From an uncultured candidatus Porisulfidus sp. (GTDB lineage Bacteria; Pseudomonadota; Gammaproteobacteria; Poriferisulfidales; Poriferisulfidaceae), in contig OZ241993.1 in assembly GCA_965204575.1 (NCBI GenBank), positions 320,001-384,000 of the forward strand: 64,000 nucleotides of DNA, in the 5' to 3' direction. Position 1 is the first letter of the stretch, and each line of letters begins with the position of its first letter. Position numbers and translations under genes: made by a program. Below the pieces are notes generated by a model, which ran no database searches, was not told where the DNA came from, and saw nothing but the letters and a program-made list of their open reading frames with translations. This document shows, piece by piece, positions 37,417-47,971 of the stretch.

Positions 37417-37722
37417 ATGCCGTATTACAAGCGCCATGTTTTCTTCTGCGTCAACCGGAGGGAAGACGAAGCCTGCTGTCAGGACCATGACGCCCGCGCG
37501 ATGCGGGACTACGCCAAGAAGCGCTGCCAGGAACTCGGCATTCACGGAGCCGGGCAGACCCGAATCAATCAATCAGGCTGTCTTGACCGGTGTGCCGAAG
37601 GCCCGATCATCGTCGTCTATCCGGAAGGCACTTGGTACCGCTACCGCGACCAGGCGGATGTGGACCGAATCATTGATCAACACCTGATTCACGGAAAGCC
37701 CGTCAAGGAACTGGAGATCTGA
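37417..37722 (+). CDS. Thioredoxin-like [2Fe-2S] ferredoxin
   Basis: HVFFCVN...CC...RINQSGCLDRCAEGP.IVVYPEGTWY. Confidence 0.92.
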   Translation: MPYYKRHVFFCVNRREDEACCQDHDARAMRDYAKKRCQELGIHGAGQTRINQSGCLDRCAEGPIIVVYPEGTWYRYRDQADVDRIIDQHLIHGKPVKELEI

Positions 37723-37724
37723 CG

Positions 37725-38762
37725 ATGGATTTCCGTCCGCTTGGCGACACCGGCCTTGACGTCAGCGTCATCTGCCTCGGCACCATGACGTTCGGCGAAC
37801 AGAACACCGAGGCCGAGGCTCATCACCAACTGGACTGTGCGTTCGATTTTGGGGTCAATTTCATCGACACCGCCGAAATGTACGCCATTCCAACCTGTGC
37901 ACGGACTCAAGGATTGACCGAACAATATATCGGCACTTGGCTCGCTTCTTCCCGTGTCCCCAGGGACCGAGTAGTGGTGGCGACCAAGGTGACGGGCCCC
38001 AGTGAATCCATGGATTACTTGCGTGACGGGCCGCGCTTGAACGCAAAGCACATCAATCAAGCCATCGACGACAGTTTGCGTCGCCTGCAGACGGACTACA
38101 TCGACCTCTACCAGGTTCATTGGCCGGAACGCAACACCAATTACTTTGGGCAATTGGGTTATCGGTTTGAGGACGATGAAGATGTGATTCCAATCGAAGA
38201 AACCTATGAGGCATTATGCCGGTTGGTCGAGTCCGGCAAGGCGCGGGCCATAGGAATATCCAATGAAACCCCATGGGGAATGGCGGAATATCTGCGGCTT
38301 TCACGCGAGGGTTCTGGACCCCGCATTGTCTCCATCCAGAATCCCTATAACTTGCTGAACCGAACCTTTGAAGTCGGCCTAGCCGAAATGGCAATACGGG
38401 AGCATTGCGGCCTACTGGCTTATTCTCCTCTCGGATTCGGTGTCTTGACCGGGAAATATGAGCAGGGGCGTCCTCGGGGCTCCCGCCTCCAACGCTGGAA
38501 TTACTTCACCCGTTACAGCAATCCGCAGGCGCAGGCTGCCACCGCCAAATACGTTGCACTCTCTCGTCAATACGACCTGACGCCCGCGCAGATGGCCTTG
38601 AGTTTCATCCAGCAACAACCTTTTGTGACCAGTGCCATCATTGGTGCCACCACTATTGAGCAGCTCCAGGAAAACCTGGAAAGCGCCAATCTGGAACTGC
38701 CTCGCCAGTTGCTGCGCGAAATCGATGCCGTTCACGAGGCCCAGCCCAACCCCGCGCCCTGA
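37725..38762 (+). CDS. tas: NADP(H)-dependent aldo-keto reductase
   Basis: LGTMTFGEQN, FIDTAEMY, YQVHWPER, SNETPWG, LLAYSPL. Confidence 0.93.
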   Translation: MDFRPLGDTGLDVSVICLGTMTFGEQNTEAEAHHQLDCAFDFGVNFIDTAEMYAIPTCARTQGLTEQYIGTWLASSRVPRDRVVVATKVTGPSESMDYLRDGPRLNAKHINQAIDDSLRRLQTDYIDLYQVHWPERNTNYFGQLGYRFEDDEDVIPIEETYEALCRLVESGKARAIGISNETPWGMAEYLRLSREGSGPRIVSIQNPYNLLNRTFEVGLAEMAIREHCGLLAYSPLGFGVLTGKYEQGRPRGSRLQRWNYFTRYSNPQAQAATAKYVALSRQYDLTPAQMALSFIQQQPFVTSAIIGATTIEQLQENLESANLELPRQLLREIDAVHEAQPNPAP

Positions 38763-38764
38763 TG

Positions 38765-39478
38765 TCACATTGGCGGTGACAGCTGCGCCCCTGCCGCTTC
38801 AATCCACTCCTTGACCTGATCGTTCAATTCGGCAGGCTTCAATTTTCCCGCTTGGATCGGAGACCCGATCCGGAGCGTGACCTTGCCGGGCTTCTTGAAG
38901 AATCCGCGCGGCCAGAAATGACCCGCATTGTGCGCCATCGGAAGAACCGGAATCCGGCTTTGCGTCGCGATATGTGCTCCGCCAGCCTGGTAAGGACGGC
39001 GCTCCCCCACCGGAAGGCGGGTTCCCTCCGGGAAAATGACCACCACATCGCCTCGTGCGAATCGCCCTCGCGCCTGTTGCAGCAGGCGCTTCAGGCTCCG
39101 AACCGGGCTGCTTCGGTCAATGACGATCGGGCGGGTCAACGCCAACCCCCAACCGATTACCGGCAACCACAGCAAGGACCGCTTGAGCACAAACGCCGGC
39201 TGCGGCAATAGGACCACCAGCAAAACCGTCTCGAATGCCGACTGGTGATTGGCCATGAGCATATAGGGCCCAGTTTCCGGGAGGTTCTCACGCCCACGAA
39301 TTTCATAGGTGATTCCGCAAAACACCCTTGCACACCAGAGAACGGACACATTCCAGAAGCTCAGCAGCCGGTAGCACGGGCGCCGAGGCAAGCAGGCCGC
39401 GACCGGCACGACGAATACGGCAGCCAGGGTGGCGACAAGCACCCCCAGATAAAAACCCGTGGAACGGATGGCGGACAT
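38765..39478 (-). CDS. plsC: 1-acyl-sn-glycerol-3-phosphate acyltransferase
   Basis: NHQSAFE, IFPEGTR, AHNAG; glyS-gmhB-plsC synteny. Confidence 0.88.
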   Translation of the reverse strand: MSAIRSTGFYLGVLVATLAAVFVVPVAACLPRRPCYRLLSFWNVSVLWCARVFCGITYEIRGRENLPETGPYMLMANHQSAFETVLLVVLLPQPAFVLKRSLLWLPVIGWGLALTRPIVIDRSSPVRSLKRLLQQARGRFARGDVVVIFPEGTRLPVGERRPYQAGGAHIATQSRIPVLPMAHNAGHFWPRGFFKKPGKVTLRIGSPIQAGKLKPAELNDQVKEWIEAAGAQLSPPM

Positions 39479-39488
39479 CCCGCTGCGC

Positions 39489-40031
39489 TCAGGAGGATGG
39501 CGCCAGCAGTTCGTCTACGAATGAGTACAGGTCGTCGTATACCTCAACGCCGTCCGGCAAGTCCTCGTCCTTTTCAGTCTGCTTGCCGTAACCGGTGCGC
39601 ACGAGAATCGGGCGGGCACCTGCTGCCACCGCTGCCCGAATATCCGACAGCTTGTCTCCGACAGCCGGCACATCGGCGAGATCGGTCTCGCAACGGTTTG
39701 CAATATCCTCAAACATGCCCGGGTTAGGCTTGCGGCAATTACTCCCCGTGTCCGGCGCATCCGGGCAGAAGAAGATGGCATCCACCCAGCCGCCGAAGCG
39801 GCCCAGCGAGTTATGCATTTTCTGGTGAATCCGGTTGAGGGTGTCCATATCGATCATGCCGCGGCCAATCCCCGACTGGTTGGTCGCAAGCACCACCCGG
39901 TAACCCGCCTCGTTCAAGCGGGACACCGCCTGCATGCTGCTGTCGATCGGCACCCATTCCTCCGGCGTTTTGATGAAGTCCCCCCTTTCCTCGTTCAGGA
40001 CTCCGTCGCGATCCAGAATTATCAGTTTCAT
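39489..40031 (-). CDS. gmhB: D-glycero-D-manno-heptose 1,7-bisphosphate phosphatase
   Basis: LDRDGVLN, TNQSGIGRG, CRKPNPGM, VGD..SD. Confidence 0.95.
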   Translation of the reverse strand: MKLIILDRDGVLNEERGDFIKTPEEWVPIDSSMQAVSRLNEAGYRVVLATNQSGIGRGMIDMDTLNRIHQKMHNSLGRFGGWVDAIFFCPDAPDTGSNCRKPNPGMFEDIANRCETDLADVPAVGDKLSDIRAAVAAGARPILVRTGYGKQTEKDEDLPDGVEVYDDLYSFVDELLAPSS

Positions 40032-40045
40032 GGTCAGGATGTCAT

Positions 40046-42139
40046 TCAGTCTTGCAGGCGAGAGAAATCCGCGATTCCCAGAAACAGATCCTGTAGACCC
40101 CGCAAAAGACGCAGGCGATTATGACGTATTTTTTGATCTTCCGCCATCACCAGCACTTCGTCGAAGAAGGCCGAGACCGGCTCGGCCAATGCGGCAAGCG
40201 CGCCCAGCGCTTCTCCGTAGGCGCCTGCCGCGCAATTTTTCAGCACTTCCTCGCGTACCGCGACAAGCCGGTCCGCGAGTGTACGCTCGGCGGGCTCCGT
40301 CAACAGTTCGGGGTTGACCTCGGCATCGTTTACGTCGGCTTCGCGCAGGATGTTCCGAATTCGCTTGTGTGTCGCAACCAGCACTTTCGCCTGCGGCGAG
40401 TCCCGGAAATCCTCGACTGCCCGCACCCGCCCGAAAGCATCCAGCGGTCGGGCCGACCCGACCGCCAGAACCGCCTCGATGGCGTCTCTGGATTGCCCTC
40501 GCTCGGCTCCGTACCCGTACATCCGGTCAGCCAGATAACCCCACACCGCCTGCGGAATACCGTCGGCATGAAAGGATTCCGGGTACTCCTTGACTGCCTG
40601 CGCCAGGCAATCCTCCAAGTCCAGATCCAAACCGCATTCCACCACCAGGCGCAGAACACCGTAAGCGGCGCGCCGTACGCCCAGCGGATCCCGGGTCCCG
40701 GTCGGGATTTCGCCTATCGAAAAGACCCCGGCCAGCATGTCCAGCCGGTCGGCCAAGGCCAGCACCTGGCCCGGCAAAGTTTCCGGCAGCGCATCATCCG
40801 CGTACCGTGGTCGGTAGTGGTCTGAAACAGCTCGGCAGACGGCATCCCCCTCCTCTTCAATCCGGGCGTAGTACGCGCCCATGACTCCCTGGAGCTTGGG
40901 AAATGATTGCACGATGTCCGTGCCCAGATCCGCCTTGCACAAATGTGCTGCACGACAGACGGTTTTCACATCCGCATCCGCTTTTCGGGCCACGTATTCC
41001 GCTAGTTCCTCAATGCGCTGAACGCGCTCAAGCAACGTGCCCAGTTTTCGATGGAAAACCACCCGGCCCAAGTCCTCCACACGAGAGCCGAACGACTTCA
41101 AGCGGTCACGCTCAAGATAAAAGGCGGCATCCTGAAGCCGGGAACGCACCACCCGCTCGCAGCCCACTCTAATGTCTCCATTCACGTCCGGAAGATTGGC
41201 GACGGCAAAGAAATGCCGGGACAATACGCCGTCCGGCCCCCGAGTCGAAAAATACTGCTGCTGATCCTCCAGCACCGCCCGAATGACTTCCTCCGGCAAA
41301 TCCAGGAATTCTTCATCGAAGCGTCCCGCAACCACTACTGGAAATTCCGCACTGGCACACACTTCCTCAAGCAGGGACTCCGGTCGAATCGCTGATACCT
41401 TGAACTCGGCCTCGAATTCCTCGATTTGCGACAAAACCTCCTGCTTACGTGCCGCTGCCTCTACCAGTACGTGACCCTGCTCCTTCAGAGCATTCTCGTA
41501 AGCTCCCGCATCCCCCAGTTCGACACTTTGTTCGCCAAGAAAGCGGTGGCCCCGCGTGACTGCGCCACAGGGGGTGTTCATGATTTCTCCAGCAATTGGC
41601 TCGCCACCGTACAGCAATGCCACCCATCGGACAGGGCGAAGAAAGCTCGTCTCTTCCGTTCCCCAGCGCATGCGTTTCTCCAATGGCAGCCCCGCCAAGG
41701 CCCGGTCGAAAATCTCCGGGAGCAGTTCCCGGCAATCACGGGGCTCGACCACTTCGTCAAACTTGAGCCATTCTCCCTTGTCCGTCTTCAGGCGGTCCTC
41801 TCCGGCTTTCCAACGTTGCATTTGTTCTGAATCGGCTTGGCATCCCTTGGCAAAACCCAGTAGTGCCCGGGTGGGTTCGCCTTCCGAGTCGAAAGCGGCT
41901 TCCACCGAGGGGCCTTTACGCATTTCGGTGGCGCCCGCCGTCCGTTCCGCCACGCCCGGAATCCGTAATGCCAAGCGCCTTGACGATGCATACGCTGTCA
42001 CGGCCTGGTCGAACGGGAGACTCACACTCTCCAGTTCGGCAACCACTGCAGCCACCAAGGACTCCCTGAGGGCCTCCAGAGAACGGGGTGGGAGTTCTTC
42101 CGTGCCGAGTTCGAACAGCACGGCTCTGGCTTCGGTCAT
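40046..42139 (-). CDS. glyS: Glycine-tRNA ligase beta subunit
   Basis: LFELGTEELPP, MRWG, FLRPVRW, FP.LQGVMG, DPLGVRRAA, FFDEVLVM...NRL. Confidence 0.97.
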   Translation of the reverse strand: MTEARAVLFELGTEELPPRSLEALRESLVAAVVAELESVSLPFDQAVTAYASSRRLALRIPGVAERTAGATEMRKGPSVEAAFDSEGEPTRALLGFAKGCQADSEQMQRWKAGEDRLKTDKGEWLKFDEVVEPRDCRELLPEIFDRALAGLPLEKRMRWGTEETSFLRPVRWVALLYGGEPIAGEIMNTPCGAVTRGHRFLGEQSVELGDAGAYENALKEQGHVLVEAAARKQEVLSQIEEFEAEFKVSAIRPESLLEEVCASAEFPVVVAGRFDEEFLDLPEEVIRAVLEDQQQYFSTRGPDGVLSRHFFAVANLPDVNGDIRVGCERVVRSRLQDAAFYLERDRLKSFGSRVEDLGRVVFHRKLGTLLERVQRIEELAEYVARKADADVKTVCRAAHLCKADLGTDIVQSFPKLQGVMGAYYARIEEEGDAVCRAVSDHYRPRYADDALPETLPGQVLALADRLDMLAGVFSIGEIPTGTRDPLGVRRAAYGVLRLVVECGLDLDLEDCLAQAVKEYPESFHADGIPQAVWGYLADRMYGYGAERGQSRDAIEAVLAVGSARPLDAFGRVRAVEDFRDSPQAKVLVATHKRIRNILREADVNDAEVNPELLTEPAERTLADRLVAVREEVLKNCAAGAYGEALGALAALAEPVSAFFDEVLVMAEDQKIRHNRLRLLRGLQDLFLGIADFSRLQD

Positions 42140-42145
42140 TGGGCC

Positions 42146-42290
42146 TTATACACAATAGTCCGCAAGCAGACTCTGTATATCCATTGACAGATCTCCGGGG
42201 TCACTTGAAAGAGTCGCGCCCGAAGGTCCGGCCCTAACAGAGGCGAACGCCCCTCCCTGTCCAGCCGCGCCAGTCCCCAGCGCCAATATG
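42146..42290 (-). ncRNA. Putative omega/reRNA scaffold overlapping the tnpB 3' end
   Basis: Structured GC-rich stretch after NAAFNIL ending in hairpin TATACA-G-AGTCTGC-TT-GCGGACT-ATTG-TGTATA; expected position for TnpB guide scaffolds. Confidence 0.55.
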
Positions 42291-43459
42291 TTGAATGCGG
42301 CATTAATGTCCGCATTCCTCACGTATCCGCATGATACGCATTCGAATTTGGCTTGAATCAGACGGCTTGCCTTCGCCACATGACCACATCGATGGCAACG
42401 CTGGCTAGTATAGGCGGGGTTCACCGCCTGCACCCGGCATGCCTTGTATTCCAGTATCCAGCGCAACCGACCCCACCCGCTAGCCGCGATCTCTCGGTTT
42501 AGAGCCGACTTTGCCATCACATGCTTGCCCGGCTTCTCCACCGTGCCCTTGGCCGACTTCATCAGGTTCTTGATGTCCAAGTCTTCTAGGCAGACCGTTC
42601 CAAAACGCTCTGTTAGGTCATGGCTAAGTTGGTGCCTCCAATTGTCACGAATATTAGCGATCTTTCGGTACAACTTCGCCACGGTTCGCTGTTCCCTCTC
42701 GCGACGTCTTGAATTTACTTTGATAATGTCTCCTTTCCGAGTTCGCCTCGGGGCTCCGTCCGCATCTATTAGCGGCACCCGCTGGCGGCGGCTCATCTTA
42801 CGCTTATGCCGCTTTAGCTTGGTTTCAAGGACGGAGACGTCAGGCATAAAAATTTGTTCGTGTTCCGTGGTTGCCACGTTCCATTTACCCTTGTCCAAAC
42901 CGACGGCCTTGCCGTTATCCTCCGGTTCCATGTCCGGAATCTCCCAGAAAACTGACACGTACCACTTCCCGTTCGGACGTTTCGTCACCACCGCCTGCTT
43001 GGCCTTGCCGTATGCCCACGGACCGCCACCCCGGCGGCTGATCGGCATCCAGCCAACCTTCGGAACACACAACCGGCCATTCTGAACCCGTACGTTCTGC
43101 GGAATGGTAAACGAATCACCATCTTCTTTGTGCTTAAACCGAGGAAAACCACGCTTACCTTTCCTTGCCTCTTTTATGGCATCCGCATACCGCTTCAGTA
43201 CGTACCGAACCTCATGGAATGGCAGTTCTTTCAGCCATTCATGGTCTGCGCTGTTGCGCAGTTTCGTGAATTCCAGACCCAGATTGAAAAAAGTGGGCGA
43301 TGGCTTTTCACCCTTGCCCTCTTCGTAGGCTTTCATTGCGTCCCGATTCTGTCCGACCGCCCAGTTCCAGATGTAGCGGTTCGCCCCCGCGATGCCGGAT
43401 AGCCTCTGCGCCCGGCGTAAGGTGCCCGGATACAGGCGATAGACTGACGAGCGAATCAT
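42146..43459 (-). CDS. tnpB: RNA-guided endonuclease TnpB
   Basis: YRLYP...GANRYIWNW HTH, GFPRFK, RuvC AVGLD / CLEDL / NADINAA, CHRC-CVSC zinc finger. Confidence 0.93.
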   Translation of the reverse strand: MIRSSVYRLYPGTLRRAQRLSGIAGANRYIWNWAVGQNRDAMKAYEEGKGEKPSPTFFNLGLEFTKLRNSADHEWLKELPFHEVRYVLKRYADAIKEARKGKRGFPRFKHKEDGDSFTIPQNVRVQNGRLCVPKVGWMPISRRGGGPWAYGKAKQAVVTKRPNGKWYVSVFWEIPDMEPEDNGKAVGLDKGKWNVATTEHEQIFMPDVSVLETKLKRHKRKMSRRQRVPLIDADGAPRRTRKGDIIKVNSRRREREQRTVAKLYRKIANIRDNWRHQLSHDLTERFGTVCLEDLDIKNLMKSAKGTVEKPGKHVMAKSALNREIAASGWGRLRWILEYKACRVQAVNPAYTSQRCHRCGHVAKASRLIQAKFECVSCGYVRNADINAAFNILALGTGAAGQGGAFASVRAGPSGATLSSDPGDLSMDIQSLLADYCV

Positions 43460-43565
43460 GAGTGGATTTTGCCATGCCGAAAGCCAGTTCGGCCCAAGTA
43501 AAGATAAATCATTAAATATGAAAGAACTTTCATGGGTAATGTGGGCTATTGGATATACCCCCCAG

Positions 43566-44447
43566 TTATTCCGCACCCAAGGGGAAATTCAGGGCTTCGC
43601 GCGAAGCGTAGTAGGCTTCTGCGATTTTCTGCGCCCGGCCACGGATGCGCAAAATGTACTTCTGGCGTTCCGTGACGGAAATCGCATGCCGCGCGTCCAA
43701 TAGGTTGAAGAGATGCGAGCACCAGACCAGTTGCTCGTAGGCCGGCAATGGAAGATTCTCTTCGATCAGCCGGTCACATTCCTCCTCTATCTCGTCGAAC
43801 TGGCGAGACAGTTTCTCCGTGTCGGCTTGTTCGAAATTGTAAGCCGATTGTTCGACTTCATTCTGGTGGAATAGCTGCCCGTATGAGATTTCAGCAGCCT
43901 CCTCGCCACCCCAAACCAAGTCGAAGACGCTGTCCGTTTCCTGCAGGAACATCGCAATCCGTTCTATGCCATAGGTCAATTCGCCGAGCGTCGGACGGCA
44001 TTCCAGCCCTCCTGCCTGCTGAAAATACGTGAACTGGCTGATTTCCATGCCATTGAGTTGCACTTCCCAGCCTAGGCCCCACGCCCCTAGCGTCGGGGAT
44101 TCCCAGTCGTCTTCCACAAAGCGGACATCATTCTTGTCCAGAGCGATGCCGAGTTCCTCCAAAGATTGCAGGTACAGATCCTGGATATCGTCCGGCGAGG
44201 GTTTGAGCGCGGCTTGGAACTGATAATAACGCTGAAGGCGGTTCGGGTTTTCTCCGTAACGCCCGTCCGTCGGGCGCCGACACGGTTGCGCGAACGCACA
44301 CCGCCATGGTTCCGGGCCGATTGCCCGCAGAAAAGTTTCCGGGTGGAAGGTTGCTGCGCCGATTGGCAGGTCATGCGCAGGCAGGATCACGCAGCCCTGC
44401 GCCGCCCAAAATTCTTCCAGTCGACGTATGAGGTTCTGTACAGTCAT
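43566..44447 (-). CDS. glyQ: Glycine-tRNA ligase alpha subunit
   Basis: [46 protein letters not shown]. Confidence 0.98.
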   Translation of the reverse strand: MTVQNLIRRLEEFWAAQGCVILPAHDLPIGAATFHPETFLRAIGPEPWRCAFAQPCRRPTDGRYGENPNRLQRYYQFQAALKPSPDDIQDLYLQSLEELGIALDKNDVRFVEDDWESPTLGAWGLGWEVQLNGMEISQFTYFQQAGGLECRPTLGELTYGIERIAMFLQETDSVFDLVWGGEEAAEISYGQLFHQNEVEQSAYNFEQADTEKLSRQFDEIEEECDRLIEENLPLPAYEQLVWCSHLFNLLDARHAISVTERQKYILRIRGRAQKIAEAYYASREALNFPLGAE

Positions 44448-44464
44448 GGGCTTGACGGTTCGAT

Positions 44465-47400
44465 TCAGGAAAACCGGCTGCGGATAAATTCTTGAGTATC
44501 TGCCAAAGAGAGTTTAACAGTCGTCGGACCGTTGCGCACAAAAAAATCCCCTCCCTCTGCCGTCTCAATTCCCTTCCAATCAAGAAAGACGGGGTCAGGG
44601 CTCCGACGGCAACTCACCATGCAGACACTTTTGCCATCCACGATCTGTACTTTAGGGTCTATGCAAGTTCCGGCACGCGGGCCGAGACTATTTTGTACGC
44701 ATTGCATCAGATGGCGCATGAATTTATCGTCGTTCTCAAGTTGATCCTTTTCAATACCGACGATGGAGCCATCATCGGCGACTCCAATCAAGAGATCGCC
44801 ACCTTCGGTATTCAAAAAAGCTGCAATCGTCTTCAGCGCAGCATGAGTTACACCTTTATCATCCTTACGGTCTTCCTTCAAGTTCCAGCGCAGTGTCGAT
44901 TTGAATTCCAGAGTCTGGGATTCTCCCTGCTCGATTAATTCTTTCGCGCTACGCCGACCGCGAAGGTATTGGTCGAAGAGGTAGTTTTTTACCGCATCTC
45001 CAAAGATTTGATCGTCGGTGATTCGCTTGTACAGGTCGAAATTGGAGTCGACGATATCCTCAATAGCTTCTTCAACTTTTCGATCAAAAGCCAAGCGTAC
45101 ATTTTCTCGCGTGCTCACACGAGCGGAAGCGTCAAGGGCCACGTCCCCTTCCAACCTTTCCATCATCTGGCCGAGAGTGGCACAGTGTTCGGAACCCAAT
45201 TCCGTGCCGAAGCGTTCGTTCAGTTCGAAGATGATCTTCGACAGCATTTCCAGTTCTTCGGGCATAGGGCCATACGGTTCCTCATCGGTGACAGGATCCA
45301 ATCTCCCTGGCCCCCGGTCTAGTTCAATAGCGCCGCTCCCCGTCTCCCGGACCCGATAGGATTCCATATCAATATGCTGCCGTACGTCGAAAGGAAGATC
45401 ATCCCGATCGATGGGCAGCAACGGACACAAACACCGTGCAAAAACATAGAGCTTCTCTAGATCGGGATCGGCGAAAGTCAGTACTTGTGCAAGAAATGCG
45501 TAAAGCCGTATGTAACGAGTCAGTTCTTTCCGGAATTTGTCTTGTTCGTCTTCATCAAGTTCGCAAAAGCGATCTACTGAAGGTGCCAATGCAGCATAAA
45601 GCTGGTCTTGGGTGGGCTGGAGCCCAAAATAAATCTTGGAAAAAGCGTCAATATCTGCGGATGCGTAGACCGGATAGTTGCCAAGGCGCGTTTGCACTTG
45701 GTACAGGAGGTTGGGATCGGTCTCCTCCGATAGCAAAGTTGTTTCGTAATAGGGGTCGAAAGCGGCCTTGATTTCGTCGGCCTCGTTGGCGAAGTCGAGT
45801 ACTAGAGTTTCTGTCTTACCAGGATGGGTACGGTTGAGCCGGGAAAGTGTCTGCACAGCATTCACGCCGCCAAGTTTCTTATCGACGTACATCGTATGGA
45901 GAAGCGGCTGGTCAAACCCGGTCTGGAATTTGTTCGCGACGATCAAGAAACGATACTCCGGCGTATCGAATGTCCCAGCAGTCTGTGCTTCCGACTGTCC
46001 GTTCATGCCGGACTCCGTGTAGGACTGGCCACCGTCCCCAACTGTGCCTGAAAAAGCAACCAAGGCTTTGAAGGGATGGCCCTGCTCGGCGAGATGGCGG
46101 TCCATGGCCAACTTGTAGCGCACCGCGTGCAGGCGTGAACGGGTGACGATCATCGCCTTTGCCTGATTTCTGATCTTATCCTGTACCTGACCCATGAAGT
46201 GCTCGACCATGATGCGTACTTTCGTGTCAATAGCATGCGGATGGAGATCAACATAGGATTTCAGAAGACAGGCGGCTTTCTTTTTGTCATAGCGCGGATC
46301 GCTTTCGACCGTTTTCCAGAGTCGCCAGTAAGCCTTGCAAGTTGCGTAATTTGACAGGACATCCAAGATGAAGCCCTCCTCAATGGCTTGACGCATGGTG
46401 TAGTCGTGGAATGGCTTGAATGTGCCATCTGCATGCTTTGTCCCGAACAATTCCAGTGTCTTGGCCTTGGGGGTCGCTGTGAAAGCGAAGATTGAGAGAT
46501 TGGATTGCCGACCGCGACTCTGTATCTCGGCCAGAATAGTGTTTTCCAATTCTTCTTCCGGGGTTTCCGCCTGAATCTCTTCTTTTTCGGCCTCTTCCAG
46601 CGAGGCTGATGAAAGCGTTGCCTTCAGGCTTTTGCTCGACTCGCCCGACTGCGAAGAATGAGCCTCATCAATGATTAGGGCAAACCGCTTTCCCTGCAGG
46701 TCACCAACTTCAGCAGAAATGACCGGGAATTTCTGAAGCGTGGTGACAATGATTGTCTTGCCGGATTCAAGCGCGTCCTTGAGTTGGCGCGAAGTGGTAT
46801 TAATGTTCTCTACCACACCCAATGTTTGCTCGAACTGCCGTATGTTTTCCTGAAGCTGACGGTCCAGTACGCGGCGGTCGGTAATTACGATGATGGAATC
46901 GAAAATGCGTCGGTCGTCGGCACCATGTAGCGAAGACAATTGATGGGCCAACCAAGCAATGGTGAAACTCTTGCCGCTACCGGCCGAATGCTGGATTAGG
47001 TAGTGTTGCCCCGCCCCATTTTCGTGGGCATCGCATACGAGACGGCGCACGCAATCAAGTTGCTGGTAGCGAGGAAAAATCAGGATTTGCCTGCCAACTA
47101 TTCCTCCATTGCCGTTTTTCTTCTTGAGTTGGTGGATGAATCGTTGGATCAAGTCCAGCACACTGTCGCGTGACCAAGTCTCTTGCCAGAGATAGGCAGT
47201 AGCGTAGCCAGTTTGGGTCGGAGGCACGGGAGGATTCCCGGCCCCGCCGTATTTGCCTTGATTAAAAGGCAGGAAACGTGTTTTGTTCTTGTTCAGACGG
47301 GTCGTGACGTAGACCAAGTACGGGTCAACCGCGAAATGCGCGAGACACCGGCCACTGGCGAACAAGGGTTCCCGCGGGTCACGATCCTTTCTGTATTGCC

Positions 47401-47932
47401 GGATCGCATCCTTAACGGTCTGCCCGGTCAGTGGATTCTTGAGTTCGGCAGTAAAGATTGGAATGCCGTTCAGAAATAGTACTAGGTCCAGACTGTTCTC
47501 ATTCTTGACGCTGTATCGCAACTGGCGCACTACCGAAAATAGGTTTGCTCTGTAGAGACGTTGAGTTTCCTCGTTGAGCCCGCTCGCCGGGCGGAAGTAG
47601 GCCAACCAGAACTGGCATCCCATATCTTTTACGCCATGCCGCAGAACATCAAGTGTGCCGCGTCTCTTGATCTCGCCCGCCAAACGTTCCAGAAACCGCT
47701 CTTCAACTTCTATGCCGTAACGTTGCGAGAGCTTTTCCCATTCCTCGGCCTGGGTTGCTTTCAAGAAGCCCAAGGCATCGTCGCGTAGGAGACATGATTC
47801 TCGGTCGTAATCCTCTGGATGCCGTTTGTGATAACCACCGGGTCTCATTTCCTGACCATTATCAGAACCATCTTGAATCAAGGCCGCCTCAATCGCACCC
47901 TCGAAAGCGCGCTCAGAAACAACTATGTTCAT
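44465..47932 (-). CDS. hsdR: Type I restriction endonuclease subunit R with C-terminal Schlafen/AlbA_2 domain
   Basis: [10 protein letters not shown]...ELKN nuclease, [20 protein letters not shown]; last ~160 aa [10 protein letters not shown]...[18 protein letters not shown]. Confidence 0.93.
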   Translation of the reverse strand: MNIVVSERAFEGAIEAALIQDGSDNGQEMRPGGYHKRHPEDYDRESCLLRDDALGFLKATQAEEWEKLSQRYGIEVEERFLERLAGEIKRRGTLDVLRHGVKDMGCQFWLAYFRPASGLNEETQRLYRANLFSVVRQLRYSVKNENSLDLVLFLNGIPIFTAELKNPLTGQTVKDAIRQYRKDRDPREPLFASGRCLAHFAVDPYLVYVTTRLNKNKTRFLPFNQGKYGGAGNPPVPPTQTGYATAYLWQETWSRDSVLDLIQRFIHQLKKKNGNGGIVGRQILIFPRYQQLDCVRRLVCDAHENGAGQHYLIQHSAGSGKSFTIAWLAHQLSSLHGADDRRIFDSIIVITDRRVLDRQLQENIRQFEQTLGVVENINTTSRQLKDALESGKTIIVTTLQKFPVISAEVGDLQGKRFALIIDEAHSSQSGESSKSLKATLSSASLEEAEKEEIQAETPEEELENTILAEIQSRGRQSNLSIFAFTATPKAKTLELFGTKHADGTFKPFHDYTMRQAIEEGFILDVLSNYATCKAYWRLWKTVESDPRYDKKKAACLLKSYVDLHPHAIDTKVRIMVEHFMGQVQDKIRNQAKAMIVTRSRLHAVRYKLAMDRHLAEQGHPFKALVAFSGTVGDGGQSYTESGMNGQSEAQTAGTFDTPEYRFLIVANKFQTGFDQPLLHTMYVDKKLGGVNAVQTLSRLNRTHPGKTETLVLDFANEADEIKAAFDPYYETTLLSEETDPNLLYQVQTRLGNYPVYASADIDAFSKIYFGLQPTQDQLYAALAPSVDRFCELDEDEQDKFRKELTRYIRLYAFLAQVLTFADPDLEKLYVFARCLCPLLPIDRDDLPFDVRQHIDMESYRVRETGSGAIELDRGPGRLDPVTDEEPYGPMPEELEMLSKIIFELNERFGTELGSEHCATLGQMMERLEGDVALDASARVSTRENVRLAFDRKVEEAIEDIVDSNFDLYKRITDDQIFGDAVKNYLFDQYLRGRRSAKELIEQGESQTLEFKSTLRWNLKEDRKDDKGVTHAALKTIAAFLNTEGGDLLIGVADDGSIVGIEKDQLENDDKFMRHLMQCVQNSLGPRAGTCIDPKVQIVDGKSVCMVSCRRSPDPVFLDWKGIETAEGGDFFVRNGPTTVKLSLADTQEFIRSRFS

Positions 47933-47971
47933 GGTGTGATACGGGGAATCTGCGCTGGTCGACTTGGCGCT

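Larger units (their letters stand above)
42146..43565 (-). mobile_element. IS200/IS605-family TnpB-only element (IS1341-like) between glyQ and glyS
   Basis: tnpB without tnpA; hairpins near both ends (43518-33 and 42147-79); boundaries approximate. Confidence 0.8.

Noticed and set aside
43460-43565. IStron (group I intron plus TnpB)
   Set aside because: Only about 106 nt precede tnpB, too short for a group I core, and the insertion is intergenic
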